DNA from: Trebonia sp.
GTDB taxonomy: Bacteria; Actinomycetota; Actinomycetes; Streptosporangiales; Streptosporangiaceae
Assembly (NCBI GenBank): GCA_036501515.1
Contig: DASYAD010000395.1
Span: forward strand, 1,481-65,480
Direction: 5' to 3'
Length of the DNA: 64,000 bases
Shown here: positions 28,952-38,495 of the stretch, piece by piece
How positions within the stretch are numbered: position 1 is the stretch's first letter
Layout: each line of letters begins with the position of its first letter
The notes under the pieces: generated by a model
Told to the model about the DNA's origin: nothing
Seen by the model: only the letters and a program-made list of their open reading frames with translations
Databases searched by the model: none
Position numbers and translations under genes: made by a program

Positions 28952-30321
28952 CCGACGTTACCCCCGGCGGGCAGGCCGCCGCCGGGAACGCCGCCGGGAA
29001 CGCCGCCGGGAACGCCGCCGGGAACGCCGCCGGGAACGCCGCCGGGAACGCCGCCGGGCGTGCTGCCGGACCAGGGGCGGCGCTCGCGGGGTGCCGCGTG
29101 CTCGAGCTCAGCTACTCGGCCGCCGCGGTGGCCGGCCGGGTCCTGGCCGACCTCGGCGCCGAGGTCATCAAGATCGAGCCGCCGGGCGGCGAGCGGGCCA
29201 GGCAGGCCGAGCCAGCGTTCGACGGCGCCGACGGCCAGCGCCACGGCTTCGCGTTCCTCGCGTTCAACCTGGGCAAGCGCAGCGTCACGCTCGACCTCGG
29301 CAGCGCCGCCGGCCAGGAGATCCTCGGCCGGCTGGCCGCCGCCAGCGACATCGTCCTGCTCGACTGGGAACGCGCGGGCACGCCCGCCGAGGCCGACCGG
29401 CTGCGTGCCCTCTGCACGGACGCCAACCCGCGGCTGGTGTTCTGCGAGATCTGGCCCTACGGCCGCGGCGAGCACGAGGACACGGTCGCGACCGACCTGA
29501 CGGTCCAGGCCCAGGGCGGCCACCTGTACCTCAACGGCGACACCGACCGGCCGCCGACCCGGGTCAGCGCGCCGGTCGCGGTCCTCGCGGGCGGCACCGA
29601 GGCCGCCAGCGCCGCCCTGATGGCCTACTACCACGCGCTGCGCACCGGCGAAGGCCAGCGGGTCGACGTCTCGATGCAGGCGTGCGTCATCTGGACCCTG
29701 CTGAACACCACCATGACCTGGCAGTGCATGGGCATCAACGAGCTGCGCGGCGGCGCGGTGAAGCGCGAGCGCGGCAACCCCTTCTTCACCCGGCTCGTGT
29801 GGCCCTGCAAGGACGGTTTCATCCAGTTCGGCCCCGTCGGCGGCGGCGGCGGCAAGGCCCGCGACATCTCGCTCAGCGCGCTCATCAGCTGGTTGCGCGA
29901 GGAGGGCTTCTTCGACGAGATCCTGCTCGCGCACGACTGGAACGGGCCGAACCGCTTCTCGGTCCCGCAGGACGCCTACGACGCGGTGACCGAGGTCATC
30001 GGGGCCTTCATCGCCACCAGGACGATCGACGAGCTGATCGAGCGCGGGATGAAGCAGCGGATCCTGCTGGCGCCGGTCTACACCGTGCCCCAGCTGCTGC
30101 AGGCCGAGCAGCTGGTCGCGCGCGGGTTCTTCCGTACCGTGCCCGATGACCGCCGGGGCGCGACCGCGCTCCACCCGGGGCCGTTCGCGCGGCTGAGCGA
30201 GACCCCGCTCGTTGACCTCCGGCCCGCGCCCGGCCCAGGGGCCGATAGCGGCGAAGTGCTCGCCGCGGCCGGCCTGAGCGCAGCCGAGATCAGTGCCCTG
30301 CGGCACGCGGAGGTGATCTGA
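28948..30321 (+). CDS. class III CoA-transferase subunit (CaiB/BaiF)
   Basis: LADLGAEVIKIEPPGG, NLGKRSVTLDL, GEGQRVDVSM. Confidence 0.9.
   Translation: MTDVTPGGQAAAGNAAGNAAGNAAGNAAGNAAGNAAGRAAGPGAALAGCRVLELSYSAAAVAGRVLADLGAEVIKIEPPGGERARQAEPAFDGADGQRHGFAFLAFNLGKRSVTLDLGSAAGQEILGRLAAASDIVLLDWERAGTPAEADRLRALCTDANPRLVFCEIWPYGRGEHEDTVATDLTVQAQGGHLYLNGDTDRPPTRVSAPVAVLAGGTEAASAALMAYYHALRTGEGQRVDVSMQACVIWTLLNTTMTWQCMGINELRGGAVKRERGNPFFTRLVWPCKDGFIQFGPVGGGGGKARDISLSALISWLREEGFFDEILLAHDWNGPNRFSVPQDAYDAVTEVIGAFIATRTIDELIERGMKQRILLAPVYTVPQLLQAEQLVARGFFRTVPDDRRGATALHPGPFARLSETPLVDLRPAPGPGADSGEVLAAAGLSAAEISALRHAEVI
28978..29058. repeat. 12-bp VNTR x6.75 (AAGN) in CoA-transferase N-terminus
   Basis: GCCGCCGGGAAC six perfect copies plus 9 nt. 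Confidence 0.95.
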
Positions 30322-30322
30322 C

Positions 30323-31564
30323 ATGACCGCCACTCAGCCGCCGGCGCCAGCCGGCGACGGCATCTTCGCCGGGCTCAACGTGCTCGACTTCACCTGGGCC
30401 GCGGCCGGCCCCATCCTCACCAAGCAGCTGTCCGACAACGGCGCCACCGTGGTGAAGATCGAGTCGGCCAGCCACCCGGACAGCGTGCGGCTCGGCGCGC
30501 CGTTCAAGGACGCCAAGCCGGGGGTCAACCGCAGCGGCTTCTTCGCCGACTTCAACAGCTCCAAGCAGAGCGTCGCGGTGAACATGGGCTCCCCCGAGGG
30601 CCGGGCGCTGGTGCTGCGGATGGCGTCCTGGGCCGACGTGGTGGCCGAGAACTTCCGGCCCGGCGTGATGGACCGCTGGGGCCTCGGCTACGAGCGGATG
30701 CGCGAGCTCAACCCGCGGCTGATCTACGTCAGCTCGTCGCTCTACGGCGACGACGGCCCGTGGTCGGGGCTGGCCGGCTTCGGCGCCCAGGGGGCCGCCG
30801 CGGCGGGCATCCACGGGCTCACCGGATGGCCCGACCGCCCGCCGGCGCTGCCCAAGGGCGCCTACACCGACTCCACCTCGCCCCGCTACGCGATGTCCGC
30901 GCTGGCGGCCGCGCTGATCTGGCGCCGGCGCAGCGGCCTGGGCCAGCGCATCGAGCTGTCGCAGGTGGAGACCACGGTGGAGATCCTGGCCGCGCAGCTG
31001 CTCGAGTACCAGCTCACCGGCGACGCCCCCGACCGGGCCGGGAACGCCGCGCGCGGGCGGCGGGTGCACGCGGTGCTGCCGTGTGCCGGCGACGACACCT
31101 GGATCGCTGTCGAGGTCCGGACTGACGCCGAGTGGGACGGCCTGCTCGGGGTCCTGGCCGGCTACGGCGACACGGAGCCGCTGCGGAAGCTCTCCGCGGT
31201 CGAGTCTCTCGACCGGACCGCCGAGGTCGAGCGGCTGGCCGGGGCGATCACCGCGACGGCCGAGCGGTTCGAGCTGATGGACCGCCTGCAGGCGGCCAGG
31301 GTCCCCTCCGGCGTGGTGCTCAGCGGCGCTGACCTGCTGGCCGACCGGCGGCTGCGGGCGCGCGGGCATTTCTGGGCGCTCGAGCACGCGGAGATGGGCA
31401 CGCTCGACTACAACGGCCCCGCCTACCGCTTCGAACGCACGCCGACGCGGCTGACCAGTGCCGCGCCGCTGCTCGGCGAGCACACCGACGAGGTCATGCG
31501 GACGGTCCTCGGCCTCGGCGAGACCGAGATCGAGCGGCTGCACGACGACGGAGTACTTCAGTGA
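30323..31564 (+). CDS. class III CoA-transferase subunit (CaiB/BaiF)
   Basis: LDFTWAAAGP, GATVVKIES, ENFRPGVMDRWGL, GAYTD, APLLGEHT. Confidence 0.92.
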   Translation: MTATQPPAPAGDGIFAGLNVLDFTWAAAGPILTKQLSDNGATVVKIESASHPDSVRLGAPFKDAKPGVNRSGFFADFNSSKQSVAVNMGSPEGRALVLRMASWADVVAENFRPGVMDRWGLGYERMRELNPRLIYVSSSLYGDDGPWSGLAGFGAQGAAAAGIHGLTGWPDRPPALPKGAYTDSTSPRYAMSALAAALIWRRRSGLGQRIELSQVETTVEILAAQLLEYQLTGDAPDRAGNAARGRRVHAVLPCAGDDTWIAVEVRTDAEWDGLLGVLAGYGDTEPLRKLSAVESLDRTAEVERLAGAITATAERFELMDRLQAARVPSGVVLSGADLLADRRLRARGHFWALEHAEMGTLDYNGPAYRFERTPTRLTSAAPLLGEHTDEVMRTVLGLGETEIERLHDDGVLQ

Positions 31565-31604
31565 ACGAGTTGCTGCCCCAGCGCAGCGGAAAGGCGGTGC
31601 AGCC

Positions 31605-32714
31605 ATGACGGTGATCAAGTCCCGCGCGCTGGTACTCGACAAGCCCCACACGGATCCGGTCGTCACTGAGATCGACGTGCTCGCGCCAGGGCCGGGAGAG
31701 GTCAGGATCAAGCTGGCCGCCTCCGGGGTGTGCGGCACCGACGGGCACGCCGTCGAGGGCACCCACCCGATGCGGAACCTGCCCGTGGTCCTCGGGCACG
31801 AGGGCGCCGGCGTCATCGAGAGCACCGGCGAGGGCGTCACCGCGCTGCGCGAGGGCGACCACGTGGTGTGCGCCCTCGCGGTGCCCTGCGGCACCTGCCG
31901 CCAGTGCGTGCGCGGCCTCGCCGCGCACTGCAACAGCCCGCAGCGCGCCCAGGCGATGGCCGGGGTCGGCGTCGACGGGACCTCCCGGCTGCGCCGCGAC
32001 GGCGCCCCGGTCTACCCGTTCTTCGGGGTCGGCACGCTGTCGCAGTACACCACCGTCAGGCAGCAGCAGGCGGTGAAGATCGACCCCGCGCTGCCCCTGG
32101 ATGAGTTCTGCCTGGCCGGCTGCGGTGTGGTGACTGGCGTGGGCGCCGTGCTCAACATCGCCCGGGTCCAGCCGGGCGACACCGTGGCGGTCATCGGCTG
32201 CGGCGGCGTCGGTGCCAACGTCATCCAGGCGTCCCGCATCGCCGGGGCGGCCAGGATCATCGCGGTCGACCCGCTCCCGGCCAAGCTGGAGCTGGCCCGC
32301 GGCTTCGGCGCCACCCACACGGTGGACGCTCGCGCGGACGTGGCCGCGGCGGTCGCGGCGGTCGAACCAGACGGCGCGGACGTCGTGTTCGAGGTCGTCG
32401 GACGGCCCGAGCTGACTGCCGCCGCGCTCGGCATGACCCGGGTCGGCGGCAAGACCGTCATGGTCGGCATCCCGCCCGTCGGGTCCACCCTGTCCCTCGA
32501 CGCCCTGCGGTTCACCGCCAACCGGCAGCTGCTCGGCTGCCGCGGCGGCGCCGTCGTCCCGGCCAGGGACCTGCAGCGGATCGTGGACTTCTACCGCTCG
32601 GGCCAGCTCCAGCTCGCCGAGCTCGTCGGCCTGCGGCTGGGGCTTGACGACGTCGGGCAGGCGTTCGCCGAACTGGGGTCGAGCTCTTTCGCGCGGAGCA
32701 TCGTGACGTTCTGA
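31605..32714 (+). CDS. Zn-dependent alcohol dehydrogenase
   Basis: GVCGTD, GHEGAG, CGTCRQC..C, GCGGVG. Confidence 0.92.
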   Translation: MTVIKSRALVLDKPHTDPVVTEIDVLAPGPGEVRIKLAASGVCGTDGHAVEGTHPMRNLPVVLGHEGAGVIESTGEGVTALREGDHVVCALAVPCGTCRQCVRGLAAHCNSPQRAQAMAGVGVDGTSRLRRDGAPVYPFFGVGTLSQYTTVRQQQAVKIDPALPLDEFCLAGCGVVTGVGAVLNIARVQPGDTVAVIGCGGVGANVIQASRIAGAARIIAVDPLPAKLELARGFGATHTVDARADVAAAVAAVEPDGADVVFEVVGRPELTAAALGMTRVGGKTVMVGIPPVGSTLSLDALRFTANRQLLGCRGGAVVPARDLQRIVDFYRSGQLQLAELVGLRLGLDDVGQAFAELGSSSFARSIVTF

Positions 32715-33925
32715 TGACGACAAGGAACGTGCTGATCGTCGGCAGCTCGCTGGCCGGGCTGCACACCGCGGAGGCGCTGCGCTCCCGCGGTTACGACGGC
32801 GGCCTCACGATGGTGGACGCGGAGGCCGAGCCGCGCTACGACCGCCCGCCGCTGTCGAAGGAGTACCTGTCCCTGTCCCTCGACGGCCCGGGCGGGGCCG
32901 CCGACGCCGGCGACCCGCCGCTGCTGCGCGCGGCCGAGGCGCTGGCCGCGCTCGGGGCCGACTGGCACCTGGGTGACGCGGCGGTCTCGCTCAACCCCCG
33001 CAGCCGGGAGATCGGCCTGGCGAGCGGCCGCGTGCTCGGTTACGACAAGCTGGTCATCGCCACCGGGGTGGCGCCCGCGTGCCCCGCCGCCTGGCGGATT
33101 CCCAGCGCGCTGACGCTGCGCACCCGCCGCGACGCGAGCCGGCTGCGCGCCCTGCGGGGACCAGGCACCCGGCTGGCCGTCATCGGGGCCGGGTTCATCG
33201 GCCTCGAAGTCGCCGCCAGCTTCCGCGCGGCGGGTGCCGAGGTCGACGTCATCGAGGCGGAGCAGACGCCACTGGCCCGCCAGCTCGGACAAGTCGTCGG
33301 CCGGGCGCTCCAGACGCTGCACGCCGCCCGCGGCGTGCGGTTCCACCTCGGCACGAGGGCCGCCGCCGTCGCCCAGGACGGCGACGGCGGCCGGGTCGAG
33401 CTGCCAGGCGGCGGCGTCGTCAAAGCCGACGCGCTGCTGGTGGCGGTGGGCTCGGCGCCGGCGGTCGGCTGGCTCCGCGGCTCAGGACTTGACCTGGAAG
33501 GCGGCATCGCCTGTGACGGGCACCTGCTCGCCGCGCCCGACATCTACGCGGTCGGCGACGTCGCCCGCTGGCCGCACCCGCTGGCCGGGCGGCCGGTCCG
33601 CATCGAGCACTGGACCAACGCCGTCGAGCAGGCCGCCCACGTCGCCCGGCGGATCACCGAGCCGGACAGCGCGATCGAGCCGTTCGCCACCGTGCCCTAC
33701 TTCTGGTCCGACCAGTACGGCGTCAAGCTGCAGGCCTACGGGTTTCCCGGCCCGGCCGACGAGGTGGAGGTCGTCCACGGCGACCTGGACGGCGGCCGGT
33801 TCGCCGCCCTGTACCGCAGCGGCGGCCGGCTCACCGCCGCGGTCGGCCTCGGCAGCCCGCGCCAGGTGCTGGCCGGGCGGCGCCAGGTGGTCGCCGAGCT
33901 GACCGCCGAGGGGGCCCTGTCGTGA
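32714..33925 (+). CDS. NAD(P)H-ferredoxin reductase
   Basis: YDRPPLSKEYL, GAGFIGLE, YAVGDVA, RIEHWTNA, PYFWSDQY. Confidence 0.93.
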   Translation: MTTRNVLIVGSSLAGLHTAEALRSRGYDGGLTMVDAEAEPRYDRPPLSKEYLSLSLDGPGGAADAGDPPLLRAAEALAALGADWHLGDAAVSLNPRSREIGLASGRVLGYDKLVIATGVAPACPAAWRIPSALTLRTRRDASRLRALRGPGTRLAVIGAGFIGLEVAASFRAAGAEVDVIEAEQTPLARQLGQVVGRALQTLHAARGVRFHLGTRAAAVAQDGDGGRVELPGGGVVKADALLVAVGSAPAVGWLRGSGLDLEGGIACDGHLLAAPDIYAVGDVARWPHPLAGRPVRIEHWTNAVEQAAHVARRITEPDSAIEPFATVPYFWSDQYGVKLQAYGFPGPADEVEVVHGDLDGGRFAALYRSGGRLTAAVGLGSPRQVLAGRRQVVAELTAEGALS

Positions 33926-33939
33926 ACCAGGAGGAGTCG

Positions 33940-35208
33940 ATGACGACCGAAGAGACCCCGCTGAACTACCCCTTCACCCGGGACGGCCAATGCCCGTTCG
34001 CGCCGCCCGCCGAGTACCAGCGGCTGCGCGACACCGAGCCGATTACCAAGGTCCGGCTCTACGACGGCCGCCAGGCGTGGCTGTTCACCCGCTACCAGGA
34101 CATCAGGACGGTGCTCGCGCACCCGGCGGTCAGCGCGGAGACGCTCGCCGAGGACTTCCCGTTCCTGAATCCGGCGGACAAGGTCTCCAAGCGGGCGCAG
34201 TCGTTCCAGCGCTGGGACGACCCGCGGCACGCCGGACGCCGCCGCAAGCTCATGCCCTACTTCACCATCAAGCGCGTCGAGCAGATGCGGCCCCGGGTGC
34301 GCGGCATGATCGAGCACTACTACGCGGAGCTGACCGACGCCGGGCCCCCGGCCGACCTGGTCGACAAGCTCGCGCTCGCCGTGCCGTCCACGGTCGCCTG
34401 CGACCTGCTCGGCGTCGACTACGCCGACCACGTGTTCTTCGAGACCCGCTTCGCCGTCCGGCTGAACCGCACCTCCACCGCGGAGCAGGTCCGCGCGGCC
34501 AACGCGGAACTGACGGAGTACGTCGACCGGGTGCTGCGCTCCAAGTACGGCAAGCGCAACGAGGACCTGCTCGGCCGGTTCGTCAACGATCACGTGGAGA
34601 CGGGCGAGGTGTCGCACGAGGACGCGGTCGTCGACGCGAACCTGCTGCTGCTTGCCGGGCACGAGACCACCGCGAACATGATCGCGCTCGGCATCCTCGC
34701 CCTGCTCGAGCACCCGGCCGAGCTGGCCCGCATCCAGCGCGACAAGACCCTGGTGCCGATGGCGGTCGAGGAACTGCTGCGCTACCTGACGATCTCCCAG
34801 TCGATGGGGGTGCGCCTGGCCAAAGACGACTTCGAGGTAGACGGCTGCCCGATCGCGGCCGGCGACGGGCTCATCGTCCCGGTCGCGGCGGCCAACTACG
34901 ACGACGCGGTCTTCCCGGCGCCGCACACGCTCGACCTGTCGCGGCCGGGCGCCCGCGGCCACCTCACGTTCGGCTACGGCGCGCACGGGTGCCTGGGCCA
35001 GCCGCTCGCCCGGATGGAACTGTCCGAGGTCTTCGCCACGGTCTTCGACCGGCTGCCTGGCCTGCGGACGGAGATACCGCTCGCGCAGGTCGACTTCAAG
35101 CGCGACGCGGTGTTCTACGGCCTGCGCTCGCTCCCGGTCAGCTGGGACGACGACGCCGCACGGCGGCTGGCGGCGGAAAGGTCAACCGCGGCAGACCCCG
35201 AACCGTGA
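33940..35208 (+). CDS. cytochrome P450 (CYP105-like)
   Basis: CPFAPP, AGHETT, EELLR, FGYGAHGCLG; AGGAGGAG RBS. Confidence 0.93.
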   Translation: MTTEETPLNYPFTRDGQCPFAPPAEYQRLRDTEPITKVRLYDGRQAWLFTRYQDIRTVLAHPAVSAETLAEDFPFLNPADKVSKRAQSFQRWDDPRHAGRRRKLMPYFTIKRVEQMRPRVRGMIEHYYAELTDAGPPADLVDKLALAVPSTVACDLLGVDYADHVFFETRFAVRLNRTSTAEQVRAANAELTEYVDRVLRSKYGKRNEDLLGRFVNDHVETGEVSHEDAVVDANLLLLAGHETTANMIALGILALLEHPAELARIQRDKTLVPMAVEELLRYLTISQSMGVRLAKDDFEVDGCPIAAGDGLIVPVAAANYDDAVFPAPHTLDLSRPGARGHLTFGYGAHGCLGQPLARMELSEVFATVFDRLPGLRTEIPLAQVDFKRDAVFYGLRSLPVSWDDDAARRLAAERSTAADPEP

Positions 35209-35288
35209 TCCGGAACGGGTGCGGCTGACCCCGGTCAGCCCGCGCCCCCCCGCGGCCGGCGAACAAAGAAAGGCTGACAGCTAACGCG

Positions 35289-35498
35289 ATGAAGATAAGC
35301 GTCGAACCCGGCAAGTGCGTGGCGTCCGGCATGTGCGTCCTGGTGGAGGACTCCGTCTTCGACCAGGACGAAGCGACCGGCACCGTCCGGCTGCTGACGG
35401 ACACCGACCCGCCGGAGGAAGTGCGGGAGAACGTCAGGGAAGCCGCCCGGGTCTGCCCGGCGCTGGCCATATCGATCACCGAGGAGAGCTCAGCATGA
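35289..35498 (+). CDS. [3Fe-4S] ferredoxin
   Basis: CVASGMC..VFDQD..CPALAI. Confidence 0.9.
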   Translation: MKISVEPGKCVASGMCVLVEDSVFDQDEATGTVRLLTDTDPPEEVRENVREAARVCPALAISITEESSA

Positions 35499-36973
35499 CC
35501 ATTGCCCCTTCCATCGACACCGACGCCCGCGCGTCGGTCGCGCTGCCGCCCGTTGACCTGCTGGTCGGCGGTGAGTGGCGGGCGGCCAGGAACGGGGAAC
35601 GCTTCGCCGTGATCGACCCGGCCACCGAGCGGGAGACCGCCCAGGTCGCGCGCGGCCGTCAGGCCGACGTCGCCGATGCCGTCGCCGCCGCCCGCGGCGC
35701 CGTAGACGACGGCGAGTGGTCCCGGCTGTCAGGGCTTGACCGCGGCCGGCTGCTGTTCAAGCTGGCCGACCTGCTGCAACGGGATTTTCAGTACATCACC
35801 CGGCTGGAGTCGCTCGACATCGGCCAGCCGTTCAAGACCCCGGCCGCGGCGATCGCGGCGATCCGTTACTACGCCGGCTGGGCCGACAAGATCGACGGGC
35901 GGTACGTCTCGCTGCCCGACTCAGGCGGCCGCCCGGTGCACGCCTACGTGCGCCGCGAGCCAGTCGGCGTGGTCGGCGCGATCACCCCGTGGAACTCGCC
36001 GCTGATGACCGGCGCCTGGAAGATCGCGCCCGCGCTCGCGGCGGCCTGCTCGGTGGTCATCAAGCCGCCGGAGGACGCGCCGCTGAGCACGCTGCACCTG
36101 GGCGCGCTCGCGCTCGAGGCCGGGTTCCCGGCCGGCGCGATCAACATCGTCCCCGGCTTCGGCGCCGAGGCCGGCGCGGCGCTGGTCGAGGACCCGGGCG
36201 TGGACAAGATCACCTTCACCGGCAGCTCGGTCGTCGGCCGCCGGGTCGGCGCCACCGCCGCCGGCCTGCTGAAGTACATCACGCTTGAGCTGGGCGGCAA
36301 GTCCCCGCAGGTGGTATTCGCCGACGCGGACATCGAGCGGCACATCCCGATGATGGCCCGCCAGTTCTACCAGGGCAGCGGCCAGGTGTGCGCGGCCGGG
36401 ACGCGGCTGCTCGTCGAGCGCTCCGCGCTGGACAAGGTGGTCGCGGGCGTGGCGGCCGAGCTGGCCAAGGTCCGGGTCGGCGATCCGTTCGACCCCAAGA
36501 CGCAGATCGGCTCGCTGATCAGCCGCAAGCAGTTCGACCGGGTCACCGGCTACATCGAGGCGGGCGTCAGCGAAGGGGCCGAGCTGGTCACCGGCGGGGC
36601 ACGTCTTGGCGACACCGGCTTCTTCCTCGAGCCGGCCCTGTTCACCGGCAGCAACGACCTGACGATCGCGCAGGAGGAGATCTTCGGCCCGGTCGGCCTT
36701 GTCGTGCCGTTCGACGACTACGACGAGGCCATCCGGCTGGCCAACGCCACCCCCTACGGCCTCGCCTCCGTCGTCTACACCAGCGACCTGTCCAAGGCCC
36801 ACCGCGCCGCCGCGCGGATCAAGGCGGGCATGGTCCGGGTCAACGGCGGCGCCAGCATCCCCGCCCCCTCAGTCCCGTTCGGCGGCATGAAGGGCAGCGG
36901 CACCGGCCGCGAGCTCAGCTACGCCGGCATCGAGGAATGCACCGTAGAAAAGACCGTCAGCATCGAGCTCTAA
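35495..36973 (+). CDS. aldehyde dehydrogenase
   Basis: ITPWN, FTGS, LELGGKSP, GQVC, EEIFGPV, PFGGMKGSG. Confidence 0.95.
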   Translation: MTIAPSIDTDARASVALPPVDLLVGGEWRAARNGERFAVIDPATERETAQVARGRQADVADAVAAARGAVDDGEWSRLSGLDRGRLLFKLADLLQRDFQYITRLESLDIGQPFKTPAAAIAAIRYYAGWADKIDGRYVSLPDSGGRPVHAYVRREPVGVVGAITPWNSPLMTGAWKIAPALAAACSVVIKPPEDAPLSTLHLGALALEAGFPAGAINIVPGFGAEAGAALVEDPGVDKITFTGSSVVGRRVGATAAGLLKYITLELGGKSPQVVFADADIERHIPMMARQFYQGSGQVCAAGTRLLVERSALDKVVAGVAAELAKVRVGDPFDPKTQIGSLISRKQFDRVTGYIEAGVSEGAELVTGGARLGDTGFFLEPALFTGSNDLTIAQEEIFGPVGLVVPFDDYDEAIRLANATPYGLASVVYTSDLSKAHRAAARIKAGMVRVNGGASIPAPSVPFGGMKGSGTGRELSYAGIEECTVEKTVSIEL

Positions 36974-37296
36974 CCCACCCCCGGCGCCGCACGGCGCGGG
37001 CTGACCCCTGGTGGCCCAGCCCGCACCACCCGCACCCCCCGCACCCCGCGCCCCCGGCCACCGCCCCGGCACCCAGCCAAGGCACCCGGGCGGTGCCACC
37101 CGCCACCACACACGCCCCGTGACCCGGCCCCGGCGCCGCGCTCCGGCCGGCAACCGCGGCGCCGCGACGCCGCCCAGCCAACGGCAATCCGGCCACTCCG
37201 GGCCCTCCAGCCACGCCAGCAACCACCCCGCGCGGCAACCAGGGAACTCGCACCGCCCGCCACCACCCAGGCCGGCAATCCTGGACACCACAGCGT

Positions 37297-37397
37297 CTGA
37301 TGTGACTGACCAGCTTATTGTTATGGAAACTTTTGTCTATTTGGTGATTCGTATGTACCAGGACGCGAAAAAGTTCCAAGATCTTCTAATCTGCCAG
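37297..37397. repeat. AT-rich 101-bp dispersed element, copy 2
   Basis: Ungapped match to 3760-3860; internal imperfect inverted repeat TTATGGAAACTTTT..AAAAAGTTCCAAGA. Confidence 0.85.
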
Positions 37398-37464
37398 TGA
37401 TGATGTCCGCATTCCACGGGCGGACAGTACGCGTCGACACCTGGAGGCACTAGCGCTGCGCGCG

Positions 37465-38436
37465 TCACTGATCACCGGAGCCTGAGGAGCCGAGTACCTG
37501 CCGGCCGGCCGGTGTCGCCTGGTAAATGACGTGCGGACCAGACCGGTGACGTTCGGCCAGCCCCGCGTCGAGCAAGACGCGCAGGTGGTTCCCCACGGTG
37601 CCGATCGCGCACCCGGTGACGGCCGCTAGCTGCGTGGTGGTGATGGGGCTGCCGATCAGCAGCAGAATCTTGGCCCTGGTCGGTCCGAGCAGCCGCCGTA
37701 GCGGTTCTGGTGCGGCGGGCGCGATGGGCGCGGCGAGCATTCCGGTGGCCGGGTAGATGACGGCGAAGCGGACCGGGTACTCCCAGGCGACTCGCCCGCC
37801 CTCCAGGCTGCCGGGGACGAAGACAAGCTCGGCGTGGCGCAGGCTCAGGGGCGGGTCGTCCTTGACGGTGATCTGCAGCTGCCCACGGCCGAGCCAGCGG
37901 ACGTCGTCCGCGATCCCGTCGACGGCAGCGGCCCAGCCGCGCTGACTGAGCACGGTGGTGCGGCTGACGATGTCGGCCTCGTACCTGCGTTTCCGGCGTG
38001 TCCAGTCCGCCCGGACGGCCCGGTCCCATGTCCACTGCACCAGGTCGGCAAAGGTGCCGGCCGGGTCGCTGACGTCCAGCGCGGCCGGAAGGCGTCCCCC
38101 GGCGGACTGGGCCAGGTCGAACTTGGCCACCAAGGGCGAGACAGCTCGCACGCGGGCGAGTTCCTGCTCGAACGTGACGTCGCCGGGGCGCGGGGGCACG
38201 CTGAGGTCAACCGGGAGCCAGCGGCCGGACCGCATGCCTCGGGCCAGTGCCGCGGCGAACGGGTCCGTCTTAATCCGGGCAAGGAACGCCGGGTGATGCC
38301 TGGCCAGCCACCCTCGCTCCCACGGCTGCGGGTTCTGAGCGGCCAGGACGCCCAGCGCGTTGACGGTCTCAATCAGCGGTGAGGTGACGAACCGGCTGGC
38401 GGCCAGCACGTCGGCGGTGACCAGCCACACGCCCAT
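37465..38436 (-). CDS. ArsR-type winged-helix regulator with long N-terminal domain
   Basis: LAASRFVTSPL N-terminus; LGPTRAKIL..TTTQLA..GTVGNHLRVLLDAGL. Confidence 0.85.
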   Translation of the reverse strand: MGVWLVTADVLAASRFVTSPLIETVNALGVLAAQNPQPWERGWLARHHPAFLARIKTDPFAAALARGMRSGRWLPVDLSVPPRPGDVTFEQELARVRAVSPLVAKFDLAQSAGGRLPAALDVSDPAGTFADLVQWTWDRAVRADWTRRKRRYEADIVSRTTVLSQRGWAAAVDGIADDVRWLGRGQLQITVKDDPPLSLRHAELVFVPGSLEGGRVAWEYPVRFAVIYPATGMLAAPIAPAAPEPLRRLLGPTRAKILLLIGSPITTTQLAAVTGCAIGTVGNHLRVLLDAGLAERHRSGPHVIYQATPAGRQVLGSSGSGDQ

Positions 38437-38495
38437 GTTTCGCCTCCCGCCGAAACTTTAGGTTCCGGCAAGGCCGCCGGGCAAGCTCCCCTGCC

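Noticed and set aside
28978-29058. Direct repeats as a possible CRISPR array
   Set aside because: Contiguous 12-bp units without spacers, in frame in a gene; no cas genes
35249-35265. CGAACA half-site before the second ferredoxin as another operator
   Set aside because: Left arm does not match and no promoter is visible
37323-37400. 25-aa peptide METFVYLVIRMYQDAKKFQDLLICQ within the AT-rich element
   Set aside because: Differences from the other copy are mostly non-synonymous, the stop is not shared and there is no RBS
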